A stretch of 62,983 nt of DNA, counting the filler, from Licmophora abbreviata (lineage: Eukaryota): assembly GCA_900291995.1 (NCBI GenBank). It is 12 parts of 12 records of this genome, joined end to end, with 100 filler letters (N's around TTAATTAATTAA, not from the genome) between each part and the next. Parts side by side here need not be neighbours in the genome. Positions count along the whole stretch, not along the records: positions 47,546 to 59,303 come from OLMU01000706.1; positions 59,404 to 62,983 come from OLMU01000708.1; 10 more parts are not named here. The stretch is one strand, 5' to 3'. Position numbers and translations under genes: made by a program. Below the pieces are notes generated by a model, which had not been told where the DNA came from, ran no database searches, and worked only from the letters and a program-made list of their open reading frames with translations. This document shows, in pieces, positions 49,796 through 62,983 of the stretch. Numbering within the stretch: position 1 is the stretch's first letter; each line of letters opens with the position of its first letter.

Positions 49796-50185
49796 GCGAA
49801 ACGGCTAGTCTAGCCGACGCCGACACCGACACAAACAGCCCATCACTGCCGCATGAGGGAGTCGATGAGAGTGTCGAGTCGCCGTCAGTCGGCTGTCGCA
49901 TCTGTCTGCCGCCCGGGACGACACAATGATTCATTCGATTCATTCATAGGATGACTTCAAAAAGTCATGACAGAATACACACTTATGGCATATCATTCAC
50001 GAGGCTCGGGTCATTGTGTCATTTCAAGATTGAGATTTATGCCTTGGGCGTAACAAACAAGCCCAATTCGGCATAATTGTAAATTGGAACCACCGCCACA
50101 TTTTCGCGTCGCCCCTTCTTTTTGCTCACAAATCGCATCGACATCAAAGCTTCACCACTCACAATAGCTTACCTCCCAACAAAAC

Positions 50186-50464
50186 ATGAAGCTCTCGAAT
50201 GCCTTCGTTGCCCTCATTGTTGCTGCCATCGCGTCATCTTTGTCCGCTATGCCATCCGGTATGAAGCTTGCTCTCATGCGCAAGAATAGCGTCGGCGGGC
50301 ATGCCCATCAAGCACACATGCGCATGCAGGACGCCAACGCTCTTTCCCACGGCGCTGACTGTCCATGCTGTGGGATCTGCACCTTCATCACTCCTGATGC
50401 TCTCCCTGAACCAGCAGAGTGTCGGCACCCAGACGGCTGCGGATGTGGCCCGTGCTGTAAGTAG
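50186..50464 (+). CDS. Small secreted or organellar His/Cys-rich putative metal-binding protein
   Basis: Signal peptide MKLSNAFVALIVAAIASSLSA; HGADCPCCGIC and HPDGCGCGPCC; A-rich Kozak context (AAAAC ATG). Confidence 0.7.
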   Translation: MKLSNAFVALIVAAIASSLSAMPSGMKLALMRKNSVGGHAHQAHMRMQDANALSHGADCPCCGICTFITPDALPEPAECRHPDGCGCGPCCK

Positions 50465-51194
50465 GCTGCTATTGTTAGAGTGACGTGGCGTGAGTCCCCT
50501 GTACAGGACTAGGAACTCATGCACTTCTTGAATATTGTCTCATCTCAAATACAGAATCGATCTTCTCAGTGTGGGATTGTTTGAGACCGCCAAGCACATT
50601 GTGATCAAAGCAAGGGAACGCTTCGTGTCGAGCAGTGGCACGCAAGCATGTGCATGTGCAGCGATACGCTAGTTGGCAAAGCCTCAGAGTGTGTGGATAG
50701 ATGCCACGACCTTGGCTAGCAAATGTCATAATAGAGAATGAATCATTTTGGATAAGATCAACTTATCACTGGTTAACTGGTTCGCTGATTCATTCACTCG
50801 GTTGTACTCCTTTCGATTACGTCGTACTTTTGTTGAACACTCTGGCCACATCGGCGCGCTTTCGCCACTCTCAATATGTAGTCAATTGAGTCGAGTCAGT
50901 GAGTCGACTGAGTCGAGTCGATTGGGTTCACGTCGGCGTCGTATTCGAGTACCCGCAATACCACAAAACATCAAAGAATATTTCCCAGCGCTAGTTTCGA
51001 ATTTCTTTAGTATCGAGTGTGGGTCTGACCACCAATGTGCTCTGGGGAGTGGTATCTCACACAAAAACTGGCGCGGCGCCAATGACGACGACAGAAAAGA
51101 CAAAAGACGGTCCCGGAACCAAACGATATCGTGCCCGTCTGAGGCCTGAGGAAGAAATCACTCTTGAAAACGGCAGAAAGACGTTGAAAGCATC

Positions 51195-54100
51195 ATGGAG
51201 TCTACTAGTGGTAAAGGAGGGACGAATGAGCCGTCGGAAGGAATGGATTTGGCGGAGATCCAGAACACGATTCGGACCCTGTTGGCCTGCGACACCGACA
51301 TGGATGTCGAAGCTGGGACTCGACTTTGTCAGAAGCTACTCGAGGGGCTGCGGAGCGTCAAGGCTCCAGAAAAGGATGAGGCCGAAGATAAGAGCGCTGG
51401 TCCGAACTTCATTCGCACGAGCATTGCAGACTACAACAACACGTCTCGTAGCGACCCCGCTCCATCCTCCAAGGTCGTCTGTGTCAGAGACGTGGTTGGA
51501 AATTTACAGTCAGATACCCTTTCTCAGCTCCCTGCTCTCCTCGCGGACCTCATGGCGAGTAGAGTCGATCTGGACGCGCTGCTCCCTGCGACGCAGGACG
51601 AAGTAGCCAATCTGGAAGCCATGGGCCGGTCTGCCATTACTCTTACCAAGCGTAGTTTTCTCGCAGCCACTTTGTATGCGGAACTCATCGGGATGCCTGG
51701 AGCGTGGGGCGCAGGACTCATTGATGTCGGTGCTGTCAGTGGGCTTGCTGCTTTGCTACGGCGTTGGAATGTCGAGTGTATGGGCATAGTATCGGCAAAT
51801 TCGGATGATGGCGCCGACGGACTTAAGCGCAAAGGGTCTAACGTACCATCGCCGCCAGCAACAAAGCGATCGAAAAAGAAGGCTACATACACGACAGTCC
51901 TGGAACAGTTGTCCGACGACGAAATCTCGGAAGCTTCTGACTCGGGCGGAGAGGAGATAGCGTGGGACGATGAAGACATAGACGAAAGCTCTGCTATTCT
52001 ATCTCCACACGATCTGGTCGTACAAGGGCTGCAAGTGTGTGGTGCCATAGGATCCGCTTTGCTCCAGAAGGATTTTATGAGTTGGTCTGAGGATTTACGC
52101 GAGGCTGCTGTGGATGCGGCTGTCTCCGCGCTACTGACCTCGTCAGCCATCACGTCGACTCGATCGCGAGGCAAGTCAGCTCGCTCTGTCTCTCAAGACC
52201 CCGTTGTGATGAATCAAGGTAAGAAGTCGTCAGCGGCCTTTCGAAAGCAATCCAGAAGTGTCTTGTCGTCTCTTCTTCGAATGCAGAAGTGGACGACAAC
52301 GGGGTCAGTACCAGCAAGACTGTTGAATGCCACGAAACTTCCGTCTTCATTCTTCGCGGTTTTCTCCCCTGTCTGTCAGTGCAATCCGATCTTCCCAATG
52401 GACAGGATGGAAGAGATGCCGCCCATCGAGTTGCCCTGTCGACTCTGGTGGGACTCATCGATGCGATTGCAAGCGATGTGACCTCCGTGGATTCCCGATC
52501 GACCCCAACAACACCCAAGATCACCAAGACACGTACATCGAGCGTCTCGTCGTCTGAAGCCGTCACTCCTATCACGGGTCGGAAGGGAAGAAAGAAACGA
52601 GTATCCTTTGGCGGTGTCGAGGACACAGGCAGCGAGAAACACGCCCCGCCCACGCTCAAGGGTGCCAACACACCCCTGCGTAGTCGATCTCAGCTTGCTA
52701 GTGGTCTCACCCCTCTCCAGACGAACGGACGACCGCGCCCTGTATTGAGTGCCGTGATCGGTATGATGCAGAAGCTTGCCACGTCCAAGGCTGTCGAAAA
52801 AGCGAGCGTTCGAGATTCGATTGTCGTCGTCCTTCAGGAATGTCTTCCCGGTCTGCCTCTCTTAGAACGAGACTGTTTTCTGCGCTTCGTTCTCCACCTT
52901 TGCCATTCAAAGGTCGCTAATCACAGACTGACTGCAAGCGAAATCCTTGGTCGCATCCTACCGACGGAATGGCTGTGGGACGATCATAGCAGGGGAACGA
53001 TGTCGGTCCCAACAAGTGCTTCAAAATCTTCACGCGCGTCCTTTTCTCCTATTGTGGAGAGTAGCTCCGAAAACGTTGCTGTTGCGCTCTTTCGCGCACT
53101 ACAAGGCCGTCTCCTTGACAAGAGCTCTGTCGTTCGGGCTCGAGCCGCAATTTGTATCGCTGACACGATGCGCAAGTTCTCCTCTCCGGAAATCGTTGAT
53201 AGCGCTGCCAGTGTAGCTTTTGCGAAGGCTTTCGATGCAGTGTTCAGTGAGCTCACGGCGACGCTCCGGAAACGTGCTGCTCGAGACGAAAAGGCGACGG
53301 TTCGCAAGAACGCTGTTTGTGCGCTTGCAGAGGTCCTGTCAGCTGGACCAGAGGGCGAGGGCTCCCATATTGATGATACGGATATCTCGGTATTTTGCCA
53401 CGTGTGCGCCGACCCTTCCGTGTCGGCACGAAAGGCTGCAGCGGATGCGCTCACCTCGCTCCTGCAGCGCTCGTATGATAGTCCGGATGAGAAGCCCCTA
53501 CCGTGCATGTTGTTGCTCGAGAGTGCGTGGACGAGGGCGGTTCTGCCCTTAGTCATGGACGCCGAGCCTACTTGTGTGGATAAGGCCGTCGATCTATTCG
53601 CAAGCATCGTAGTCGGACCACTTGTGGAAGCAACACGCGAAAAGGGAGAGGTCGCCCGGGCCCAGCGCTTGAAACATCCGTACTTGTCAAGCTGGCGTAT
53701 CCTGGCTCGTGTTCACGAGAGTTCTCATGAGCAGGGCGCCACTCGGGGGCAGTTCGGTGCTCTGAAAGTGATGCTCCAGAGGCTCGAAGCGTCGTATGAA
53801 GAAGATATCTTCAAACGCCTCTTGTCTGAAACAAAATTTGTTCTGTCCGAGTTTTTCGCTGAAGAGAACTCCGTCGTCTTGGAGAAACCGCTCCCGACGC
53901 AGGCACTTGGCGTCTGGTGTCTTCTGGATGCGGCAACGGATCACGTGAAACCGCTGGATGCTGTCACGACCTGGACAAAACGTCTTTCGTCCAGAATTAA
54001 TTTTCTCGTGGTCTCGTGGGAGACAGTGCTTAAGACGTTTCTGGCTTCCACTGAGCAAGGAAATGAGTCGTCGTCTCTTCACTTGTGCATGGATGCATGT

Positions 54101-55855
54101 TTGCGCGTCCTGTCCAAGCTTGCCATGCGCTTTTCTGTGGAAGATGTTGAGAACCTCACATCAATTCTCAAATCGTTGCTTGGCACCTTCACGTTTCCGT
54201 CGCAGATTGCCGGCGCAGCCGTGACTGCACTTGTGACATTCACGAAGCGACTTCACTTCGACAGCAGTCCGGCGGCAATTAAGCGAGAGTGCTCCGATTG
54301 GATTGATGGACTGAGCAAGCTTTGCGAAGAAGAGATTGCGACATTTGTTTCTCGCACGGTGAATTCAGAGGCAAAGGGTGTTTCTCGGGCGCTATTCCTT
54401 GCTGGTGAACTTTGCATGATCGGCTTTCATGCAGACGAGGATTCTCCTTCACGCGCTGTGATTCTAGGCAACGGAGCACCGGGTACGGAGGACGTCATTG
54501 CAGGATTGTACGTTCGACCGTCGAGCCGATTGATGCGTCTTGTTCAGTCGGTTCTTCCCAAGCACTTGCCGACTTCAGCGTCGTCTGCCAACCTCGGATT
54601 GGTTGCGACACCAGACGCCGTCCGTGCACACGCATTTGTCGCTCTTGGAAAGCTATGTCTGCGGGATGAAAACCTCGCGAAGGATTGTCTGACCATTCTT
54701 GCTCGGGAGCTTCACCAGAACATGACCGACAAGTGTGTTTCAGTGCAGAGCAATGCGCTATTGGTTCTGGGGGATCTTTGCGTGAAGTACACCAACCTAG
54801 TTGATCGCTACCTGCCAATTATGGCTGCGTGTCTACAGTCGGGAAGCACTGACGTAGAGAGCTACGATTTGTTCGATGCCAAATGCGAGGGGACTGGCCT
54901 CGTCCGCAAGCATGCGGTCCTGCTCTTGTCAAGTTTACTCTTACAGGACTACATTAAGTGGCGCGGGCTTCTCTTCCATCGATTCCTCGTGGCATCCACA
55001 GACAACGACGACGGGGTTGCGCATCTGGCCGAGATGACGTTGACGGGCCCGTTGTTGTCGAAGTACCCCAAGCTCTTCTTCAACAATTTTGTCGAGTCTC
55101 TATTCGTGCTGAACCGATGCACTGCTCACCCCATCTACGCCTCTGCAGCTTCGTCCGGCGACAATGGAGCTGGTGTCACCGTCGGATTCGACGGAATCAA
55201 CCTCAGTGGCACTGCCGGTCGAGACAAGCGCCATCGCATGTACATGACGATGTTGTCACGTATGTCTGACGAAGAGAAGATTGGCATTACGGCTCGTATT
55301 GCTAAGGACGTTCTCGGAGCTGCGCTGGACAGCGAAGGCGACCTCGGACGAGTGTGTCGAGCGACTCCAGGATCCCGACCTACGTCGACGGCAAAAAGCA
55401 CATCCGATGACAACGCCTTCAATGTCTTGAGCGATGCCTTCTCCATTCTGACAAGTTCCGCTCTCCGCGTGGGACGCCGTATTGACACAGACGACGAGGT
55501 GGCCGATCAGTCGATCGACGCCGGGAAAGCCATCCATGTTGCCGTTGCCAAAGGCAAGCTCCTGTCCAAGATCAGTCGCAAGCATCTAATCGAGATCGTT
55601 CTTCCCATCCTTTGCAAGCTCAAGTCGCTTCTCCACGCCAGCTGCTCCCCTTTGTTGAAGGATCTCATGGCGTTCCTCGTCGAGATCTTTCGCGTGTACA
55701 AGACGGAAGTCAAGGAGTTTTTGGCCAACGACCCGACGCTCGTGCAAGAGATCGAATACGACGCTCGTCAATTCAGGAAGGAGCGGAAGTTCGTCACATC
55801 GGACCTGGAATCGAGCGTGGAACCGATGCTGGCATCCCATGTCACCCTTGAGTGA
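51195..55855 (+). CDS. NCAPD3: Condensin II HEAT subunit CAP-D3
   Basis: VRAHAFVALGKLCLRDE, LGDLCVKYTNLVDRY, LLQDYIKWRG and LVQEIEYD. A 68-nt GTAAG..TGCAG intron at 52219..52286 joins the two ORFs in frame. Confidence 0.92.
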
Positions 55856-55960
55856 GACTGACACCGGAAATGCACGTAGAAAACGAAAGTAGTGATCATT
55901 AAAACGAGAATAACAGTATTGATTCGCTTGTGACGCGGTGTTCTGGGCGTCTTCTATGCA

Positions 55961-57057
55961 CTACTCGTAGTTCGATTGTGTTCTCTGTGATGATTTGGCC
56001 GTTTGCACGATTGACTGAATGGCGCCAATCATAACCTGCGTATTGGCTCCGACGGGTTCAGTGGTGACAACCGGGATTTCAATTTGGAGAGACTGGATAG
56101 CTTCGGAAAGAATCTGCGGTATGTCCTGCGACACGTGTCTTCCATTGGCCGAGAGAAAGTAAGGATGGCATATGATTTCGTCTATCAACGATAGAGCATG
56201 TGGTTGAGGGACGAAGCAGACCGTTGTGTCAGTGCATCCCGGCATCGTATTAGGCGCACCGATATCAAATACGTACCGACACCCTGATCAAGGAGTTCTT
56301 GAAGCCCCTCTGGTATGGACGGACTCGCGATCTCCATGTGGGCAGCACAAACTACAAAGTCGCTCCCCACTGTTGTTTGATAAACGCTTGCCAGCTCGTG
56401 AAGACGATCGTTGGAAGCTTGCATTTTCGACCCATGGTCCATCAAAAGGATTCCAACACGACGTCCCTCCTCCTGGAGAGTATCGTTGTCTCCGAGGATC
56501 GTGGATGGAGCCCCATCTGGGTACGCGTGAGGGGATAATCTTGGATCAAAGACGTCCAATCGTTCCGCTGCAGCACTCGGCTTCCCAGTGATGCTCCCGG
56601 TGCCATTCGATGACTCCTCCTGCTTGATTCTTTGCTCGGTCCGTTTCTTGTTTGGTGATATTCCATTCGGATACGCATGTGGACTAAGCAATGGGTCGAA
56701 ATAGTCGAAGAGATCCGAATTTTCGTTGTCGCTCATGGGTGATGCGATGGGTTGTGGCGTGCGAGAGGCCGCACTTGGAATGCGCAGCGGATCGTACCGT
56801 TGTTCGTCGTTGTTTCGTTCGCTGTCCTTTGCAGACGACTTGTCTGGCGAGATTCCGTTGGGATAGGCATGGGGACTCAAGAGTGGATCGAAATAATCAA
56901 ACAAATCAGGTTCTTCGTTACTTGCCATGCGACGAGGACCCCAGAATCCAGCAGTTTGACATTTCGTTCCAAATCTGGTCGGATTCGTCGAAATGACGAA
57001 GCTCTGACTCAAAACGGCAGCGTCGAGAGCCAGTGAGAGAGTTATCCATCGCTTCAT
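55961..57057 (-). CDS. Plastid-targeted CbiX/SirB sirohydrochlorin chelatase with N-terminal peptide repeats
   Basis: GILLMDHGSK, AHMEIASPSI and HPYFLS..GRHVSQDIP; intron 56276..56182; SQS-FV presequence. Confidence 0.88.
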
Positions 57058-57539
57058 CACTGTAAGGGTCGAGATCGGAAGCGAGGTCTTTACCGCAATG
57101 AACTCCTCTTGTACGATATTACTACTGTCATGATATCTCTTTCGCAGTGTCTACGAGTATCGTATGCGAACAGTTCATCTTCCTCCGTTTCTGTGGCGCG
57201 CCAAGTCATTGAGCGTGACGTACCGGTACAGACGCTGAAATCAACGACTCGCTGGACTCAAAATATCCTGCCAATGCTGTCTACATCAGCGCTTTATTCG
57301 GGTCGTTGTATCGTATAAAATATAAAAAGGTATCCTGTGTAGAAAGTATACTAGTGCTTACGTGACGATCATATGCATAGCTCGTTTCGCCGGTCGCCGC
57401 TCGACTGACTTCGAAGTTTATCGCCATTTCGCTCGAAGCCGGTCACTCAAGACCAAGCCCACTGTTGCCCTTTGACAGCCGCTGGAGTCTCTTTGGATGC
57501 TTCTTTCGACTCCATTCTACTGAAAAATTCTCTATTACG

Positions 57540-59303
57540 ATGGATAGGACGCTGCTGGCCCGCGCCACGGACGGCACTGTGGCGCCAACGCCCGGATACT
57601 TGTATCTGGACATTGCCAAGAATGCCGCGTCGTCGCCAGTGGCTTGCTCCGAGGTCGCCACCTACTTGACGCGCCGATTGGCATCCAAAAACAACCCCAA
57701 TATCAAATTCAAGTGTCTGAAAGTCCTTGCCAAGACGGCAGAAAGTCCAGTCACGCGAGGGCAGTTCAAACGGGCTGTCTGTCAGGATCCCACTGCAGTC
57801 TCGGCCGTCAAGGAGGCGCTGCAGTTTCGGGGACCTCCCGACCCAGCTAGGGGCGACGAGCCCTACGTTCGCGTCCGCGACGCTGCCAAGGAAGCGCTTG
57901 ATGCTATTTACAGTGACACGCCTACTAGTACAGACTATTCGGCCAGTTCTGGAGGACTCGCGCCTTCTTACGGATCTTCTCCGTACGGCGGAGCACCGCC
58001 CGCTGGTGCCTCTCTGCCGTCGGGGGGAGGACCGCGTCGCATGGAAGGTATCGGTAACCCCATGTTCAAAGATCCCCGTCTTGCTCAACCGCATGAAAAC
58101 ATGACTCTAGGAAAGGTCGCCAGTACGGCTGGCGAAACCATCGTGGCCATGATCAAGGACCCTCTCGCTCGAAATGTACCCGATGGACCTCCTGATCCGC
58201 GTTCTGGTATGCCCGGTTTTGGCAGTGGTGGAGCCGTGAGTCACAATTGATTTTTCCAGGGCTGCTGCGGTGATTACAGTCAGTCAATGCTAATGAATTT
58301 CTCACGCGATAGTTTTGTTTGGTTCTCTTTCGTGCTCTGCCAGTACGGCAATCCGCCTCCGGGACGCTCGCAGCTTGCTTCTTCGACTGGTGGGCAATGG
58401 ACCATGGCCTCGAACCGTGGGCCTAACGCCATCGGCGGAGCCTCGCACCAGGATTCGGACTACTACCGGGCACAGAGTAGCTCGTCGCAGTGGGGGCAGC
58501 ATTCAGCGACGGCTGGCACGACCGGCGGAGTGCGCGGTGGAGTCGGTGGCTCATGGGCGAGCGGTCCCGCAATGGGCAACCCGGCGAGGCCCAGTGTGGC
58601 GTCGCAGGCGAGAGAAGCGGCCTACAGTACTCCGTCGATTACGGTAAATCAAATGTCGAACCCGGCTGGTTCGGGTGGTACGGCGGCATCCGATGGGACG
58701 TATGAACGGAATCTCATTATGGAACTCTGTCCGCCGGGTGGCATGAAGGCAGAGCCGCCTCCCGACAAGCTAGCCAATTTCGCGAGGTCAGTTCCATCTC
58801 TTAATCCAGATCTCGTCTGTCCGGCACTCTTGGATTGTCTTGAGGACGGGCAGCCTTGGATTATTCGTGCCAAAGCGCTTTGCGTCATGGAGACAATCGT
58901 TCGTGTTGCCTTGGAGCAGCCCGATGACTCGCCCATGAACGCGTATGTGGACTTCTTTCATGCCTGTGGTGCCGAGATTGTACCGCTTGCGGGGCACCCT
59001 CGAGCAGCCATCAAGGAACCCGCCAAGCGCGTCTTGAAATCTCTGGGAATTGAAACGACTGGAGCTGCGATGGCAGCGGCGCCTGCCTCGAGGCCTCCGC
59101 CTCCTCCAACTGCGGCGCCGAATCTCTTGGACTTTGACGAGCCGAAGCCTGCGCCTCCGGTAGTGGCTCCTCCGGCTGCCGCCTCACCTGCCGCGGTGGC
59201 AGCAGCACCGGCCGTTGCTGCCTCTGGCTCCTTGTTTGGCGGGTTGACCGTTCAGTCGACAAGGGATGTCGGAGAAGCGGCGCCGCCTGCACCGACGCCG
59301 GAG
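57540..59303 (+). CDS. TEPSIN: Tepsin (AP-4 accessory ENTH/VHS protein), 3' end in gap
   Basis: LARATD...PTPGYLYLDIAK, IKFKCLKVL, FRGPPDPARGD...VRDAAKE, a second VHS-like domain (YERNLIMELCPPGG..WIIRAKALC) and NLLDF; intron 58236..58343. Confidence 0.85.
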
Positions 59304-59403
59304 NNNNNNNNNNNNNNNNNNNNNNNNNNNNNNNNNNNNNNNNNNNNTTAATTAATTAANNNNNNNNNNNNNNNNNNNNNNNNNNNNNNNNNNNNNNNNN
59401 NNN

Positions 59404-62400
59404 TGCTTGCATACATTTCTGCAGCTGGACGATCCGACACACGACAACGATCAGCGTTACAGGATCAACGAATGGCATAGATATGGAAGAGGTGTTGACA
59501 ATGACACGATCTGGATTGTTATCAAGTCTGCCGTCAATGGGATGTCGGCGATGTTGTCTCTTTCGTTGATCGAGTGTCTACTTCATTGTTGCCACAGAGA
59601 GCCTTCTGATATTCGTCTGCTGGGAGACACTTCGTTGATTTGGGAGCTTTATCGCCTAGCGGAATATCATCCAGTCGATCGTAGAACTACCGGTAGAAGT
59701 TCGAATGAAGAAGAAGCGCCTTTGGCATCTACTGTGGACGACGGTTCTGACAACGAAGGTTCCAACGTAAACTGCGGATCTCTTCCAAGGTAAGGCGCGC
59801 TAGAACCCCTGTGTCCCAGGCGTTCGAGACATCATACTCACACGGCTTCATCGACACAAAAAGGCTTGCGTATCCAGGGATGTGGTGGCGAGTAACGACG
59901 ATCGTTCTGATTATGTGTGGGAGATCACCCAGTACAATCGGGGCCGAAATGTGGAAGGAGCACCCAACACTTCGAGCGCTTATGAAAATGATTACGTCAG
60001 ATCGTTATCGGTTTCCGACGGTGGACTGCGATGAAGAAGAGCGAGACCGGATGAAGTCGGACGAATCAAAGACGAGAGACGAAGAAATGCGACTCAGCGA
60101 ACACTTGTTCTTGCCTCCCCTTCCAAAGCCAACCGCGAAGAAAGACGAAGCTGATTTTGGGCAAGCAAGGCAAGGTTCGCGGGTGTCTGCTAGACAGCGC
60201 GAGAAGCTAGAGAAGCGCGTCCGTCAGCAAAGGGCAAAGGAAATCGCAGAGGCTGCCAAAGGTGAGATCTCAATGTCTTGCGGCACAATTGTTCTTCCCA
60301 TCAATCAATTAAATCCCGTTCGGTTTGCTCTGCAGCCGCCAGTCGACGCAAGAAGCTGATTCACTCCGCGCAAAAGTCCATCATGATTTGGGATCCAAGA
60401 GGGCCAGCACGAAAACCTCCCCGAGAGTCGGTGAAATTGATTCTCGCTGTCAACGAGTTGTTCGGTTTGTCCAACGGTTTTCGGCTCTGCATCGAGCCCG
60501 ACTATCTACTATGCACTGTTGGGCAAGCCACACGGGATGCAATAGAGCGCGCATCCGATTGGATTATTCGGGTCATTTCGTCGTTGCCGAATCTAATTGA
60601 TCGGCTCCCTCCTAGTGCCTCCTGCTTTCTGTTACTTCGAGCGTATGGGCAAGAAGGCGACGGTCGATCTGAGCTCCGCAAATTCTCTTCTCCGCTTCTC
60701 ACACATGTACGAGGGTCGTTGATGGGTATATCCGGTGCAACTGAGGCTATCGAGTCAGCCGAGCTTCTTATGGCAGACATGACGGACAGCAATCCTGATC
60801 GCCGCCGCTGCGCGAGAAGGGTGCTTGTAGATACACTTGGCAAAGACTTCGAGGACTCCGAGAGCTCCTTGGAAGATACAACGGGTCTACAATGCTTGCT
60901 TCGAGTCAAGCATGCGGAGTCTATTGCTCCAATTTGTGTCGCGCATATGGTAAGCATTTGTAAAAGCAATATGATTCAACGCTTGGTCTCTGCTCGGACT
61001 CATTGATTTTTTTGTTGTTTTTAGGCCAAGGCAATCTCACTTGAGGACGGTGAGGTTCTTTGTGACCTTGTCCTAGCCTTAGAGAGTTTTATGGCTTTTG
61101 CGCGAGAGCGCGAAATCGCTTTGTCGTTTAGCTTCAACTCGGTGTTGTGCAGCCTCATATCCAACCGCCCAGACGAATGTGCAGAGGCCATGGATATGCG
61201 CCAGGATTTCCTGTCTCAAGCACTTCGCGTTGTTCATCAAAAGCTAGTAGAGACTTTCTCGAAAGACAAGGACGAAGCCATGGACGAGATTGAACCCCCT
61301 GACGCTGTGCTTCTAGTTCCGTATGCGCTGAGCGCTGGCGATTGCATCGTACCGCTCTCACTGCTTCTGTCAGCGTGTGTTCTGCTGAGCATTTGGAATT
61401 CCAATGTCAATAGTGAATGCGAAGAAGACCTGCAGGCAGCAATAGATGACTTGGAGGACACACTGTTGGCATCTTCCTCTTCGCGAGAGGATGGCGTCGG
61501 ACAAGTTAGAAAGGGGCTCGCGAGCGCGTCTTTTCTCGGATCAGGGCAGCGTGCAGTGCCTGTAGACTACTGGGTGATGTTGTCAAACGCGAGAGACCAT
61601 CGAATCGCGCGCCGAGTGGCGTTGTCGGCTCCCACTGCGTTTCTGCCTCGCTTGCTTCTATGCTCTGGACTACCTGGATCGTCCCTCGCTGCTATGATTG
61701 ACCGTCTCGGAAAACTTGGCGAAACCTTATCGAAAGATTGCGATGAAACGTTCCAACAGCTTTTTTCGTCGGCTTCAATTAGTGATTGGGCGTACACGGG
61801 AAGTCGACGGACAATATTACGGAAGATTCTGGGGCGTATCTCCGCGTACTCAAATCTGAGATATGCTTCTTCCGCTCTCGACGGCGACGATGTATCTGCG
61901 GTCTTCCTCGTCTGGCTGACCAAAGAGTGTGCTGCACCAGAAAATCAAGGAACAAAGAAGCGCTCAAGCGGCGTCAGGCCGTTGGACCTTTTCCTTCGAG
62001 CACCCGATCTCGCTTCATCTACTGGGACGATGCCGTCATCAGGAAATATGTCGACAAATCGTCTGACAATCTACTCACGGTCAGAGTCTAGGCCGTTCAA
62101 TACGATCACCGAACCAGAAGACGTGAAGCCGTTCGTCATTGAGTGCATTGAAAAGGGGGACCCCGAGTCCTTGAACGCGTTCTTGGATGTCACGTGCCCC
62201 CAGAGCTCCAGTGGCACGCCCGTATCGCTGAGCCATGAGCTGTCGATCTTGATTGTGGAGGCTCTACTGGACGCTTGTCAAGATCAGTCAAGATCTGTTT
62301 GGATGTGTCCCATCGTCAGATGGGTGCCTCTTCTTTCGCGAGAATCTGGATCTCCGGACCTTTGGCGCCGACTATTCGCATCTGCATTGTCCGATCTCCG

Positions 62401-62983
62401 TAAAGACAATCTTCTTTCGCGATGTGCATCTTTGTGGATGGAGAAGCACGTTGATCAATGTCAGCAGTGGTTACTTGCTGCCGAGCGATCGCCTGCTAAT
62501 TTCGATGTCATTCGCGCTGTAGAATTTCTGGTCGCAACCTCTGGGCATCGTTCAGTGCGTCTACGAGATTTAGCCGACGGTAAATCGAACTAGTGAAAAT
62601 GAGACGTGGGCTGCTTCTCGAGATTCGTTGCGAGTTGCGGTTGGGCTTGCGCTCCAGAGTGCCAAGTTAGCCACCCTGCCGTCGAGTGCAACCGAGAAGA
62701 ACGGGATGCCAGATTGGCTGGTGCTGCTGTTGTGTATCGCCCGAAGTGGCAAAACGCATATGGGATTTGTGGTCGAATCACTCCTTGAAGAGCTTCCCCC
62801 TCGACTCGAGAACCCATTGCTGCATAGACGGTTTCAGGTAGCTCTGCTTCGTTTGTACACGTTCTTTCCGCTTTGGATGAGTCTTGGCAATCCGACATTG
62901 AGAGAAATCCTAGTGGATGGAGCTACTGGCTATACATGGCGAGAATGGCGGTCTCCGCTTGATTCTTCTATTGAAAGTATGAC
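59404..62983 (+). CDS. INTS1: Integrator complex subunit 1, partial and multi-exon
   Basis: LAYPGMWWRV..VLIMCGRSPSTIGAEMWKEHPTLRALMKMITSDRYRFP and WDPRGPARKPP...EPDYLL match INTS1 conserved blocks. Apparent frameshift at ~62578, then open to the window end. Confidence 0.8.

Noticed and set aside
52219..52286. Apparent frameshift or pseudogene in CAP-D3
   Set aside because: A canonical 68-nt GTAAG...TGCAG intron restores the frame.

Overview
This is a gene-dense eukaryotic nuclear region, most likely from a pennate diatom. The evidence is short GT-AG introns, bipartite signal-peptide plus ASAF-type plastid presequences, and a DUF6824-like gene. It is a pseudo-scaffold: 11 artificial 100-bp linkers (N44-TTAATTAATTAA-N44) join contigs, and several genes run across them. 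About 25 host genes are recognisable, including MCM7, TOP1, CAP-D3, TIPIN/Csm3, RPB4, INTS1, tepsin, membrin, HSP20, a cold-shock protein, a CBS-PP2C fusion, two RraA/HMG-aldolase paralogs, a CbiX chelatase and a lipase. The standout is a ~7.7-kb tyrosine-recombinase (YR) retrotransposon at ~11.3-18.95 kb. It carries a gag-like ORF with a CCCH finger, an RT/RNase H ORF with an atypical HVDD motif and no methyltransferase domain, an overlapping YR ORF, and 5' ~170-bp tandem repeats. Its 3' end has a 62-nt hairpin with a perfect 26-bp palindromic core followed by a (TTGC)n tract. I could not see the ITR/ICR or split direct repeats of known DIRS/Ngaro elements, although the 5' end falls at an assembly gap. 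Also notable is a protein joining PARP zinc fingers to a Pol-beta-like lyase domain with no catalytic PARP or polymerase domain. All family assignments come from motif recognition only; no database search was run.
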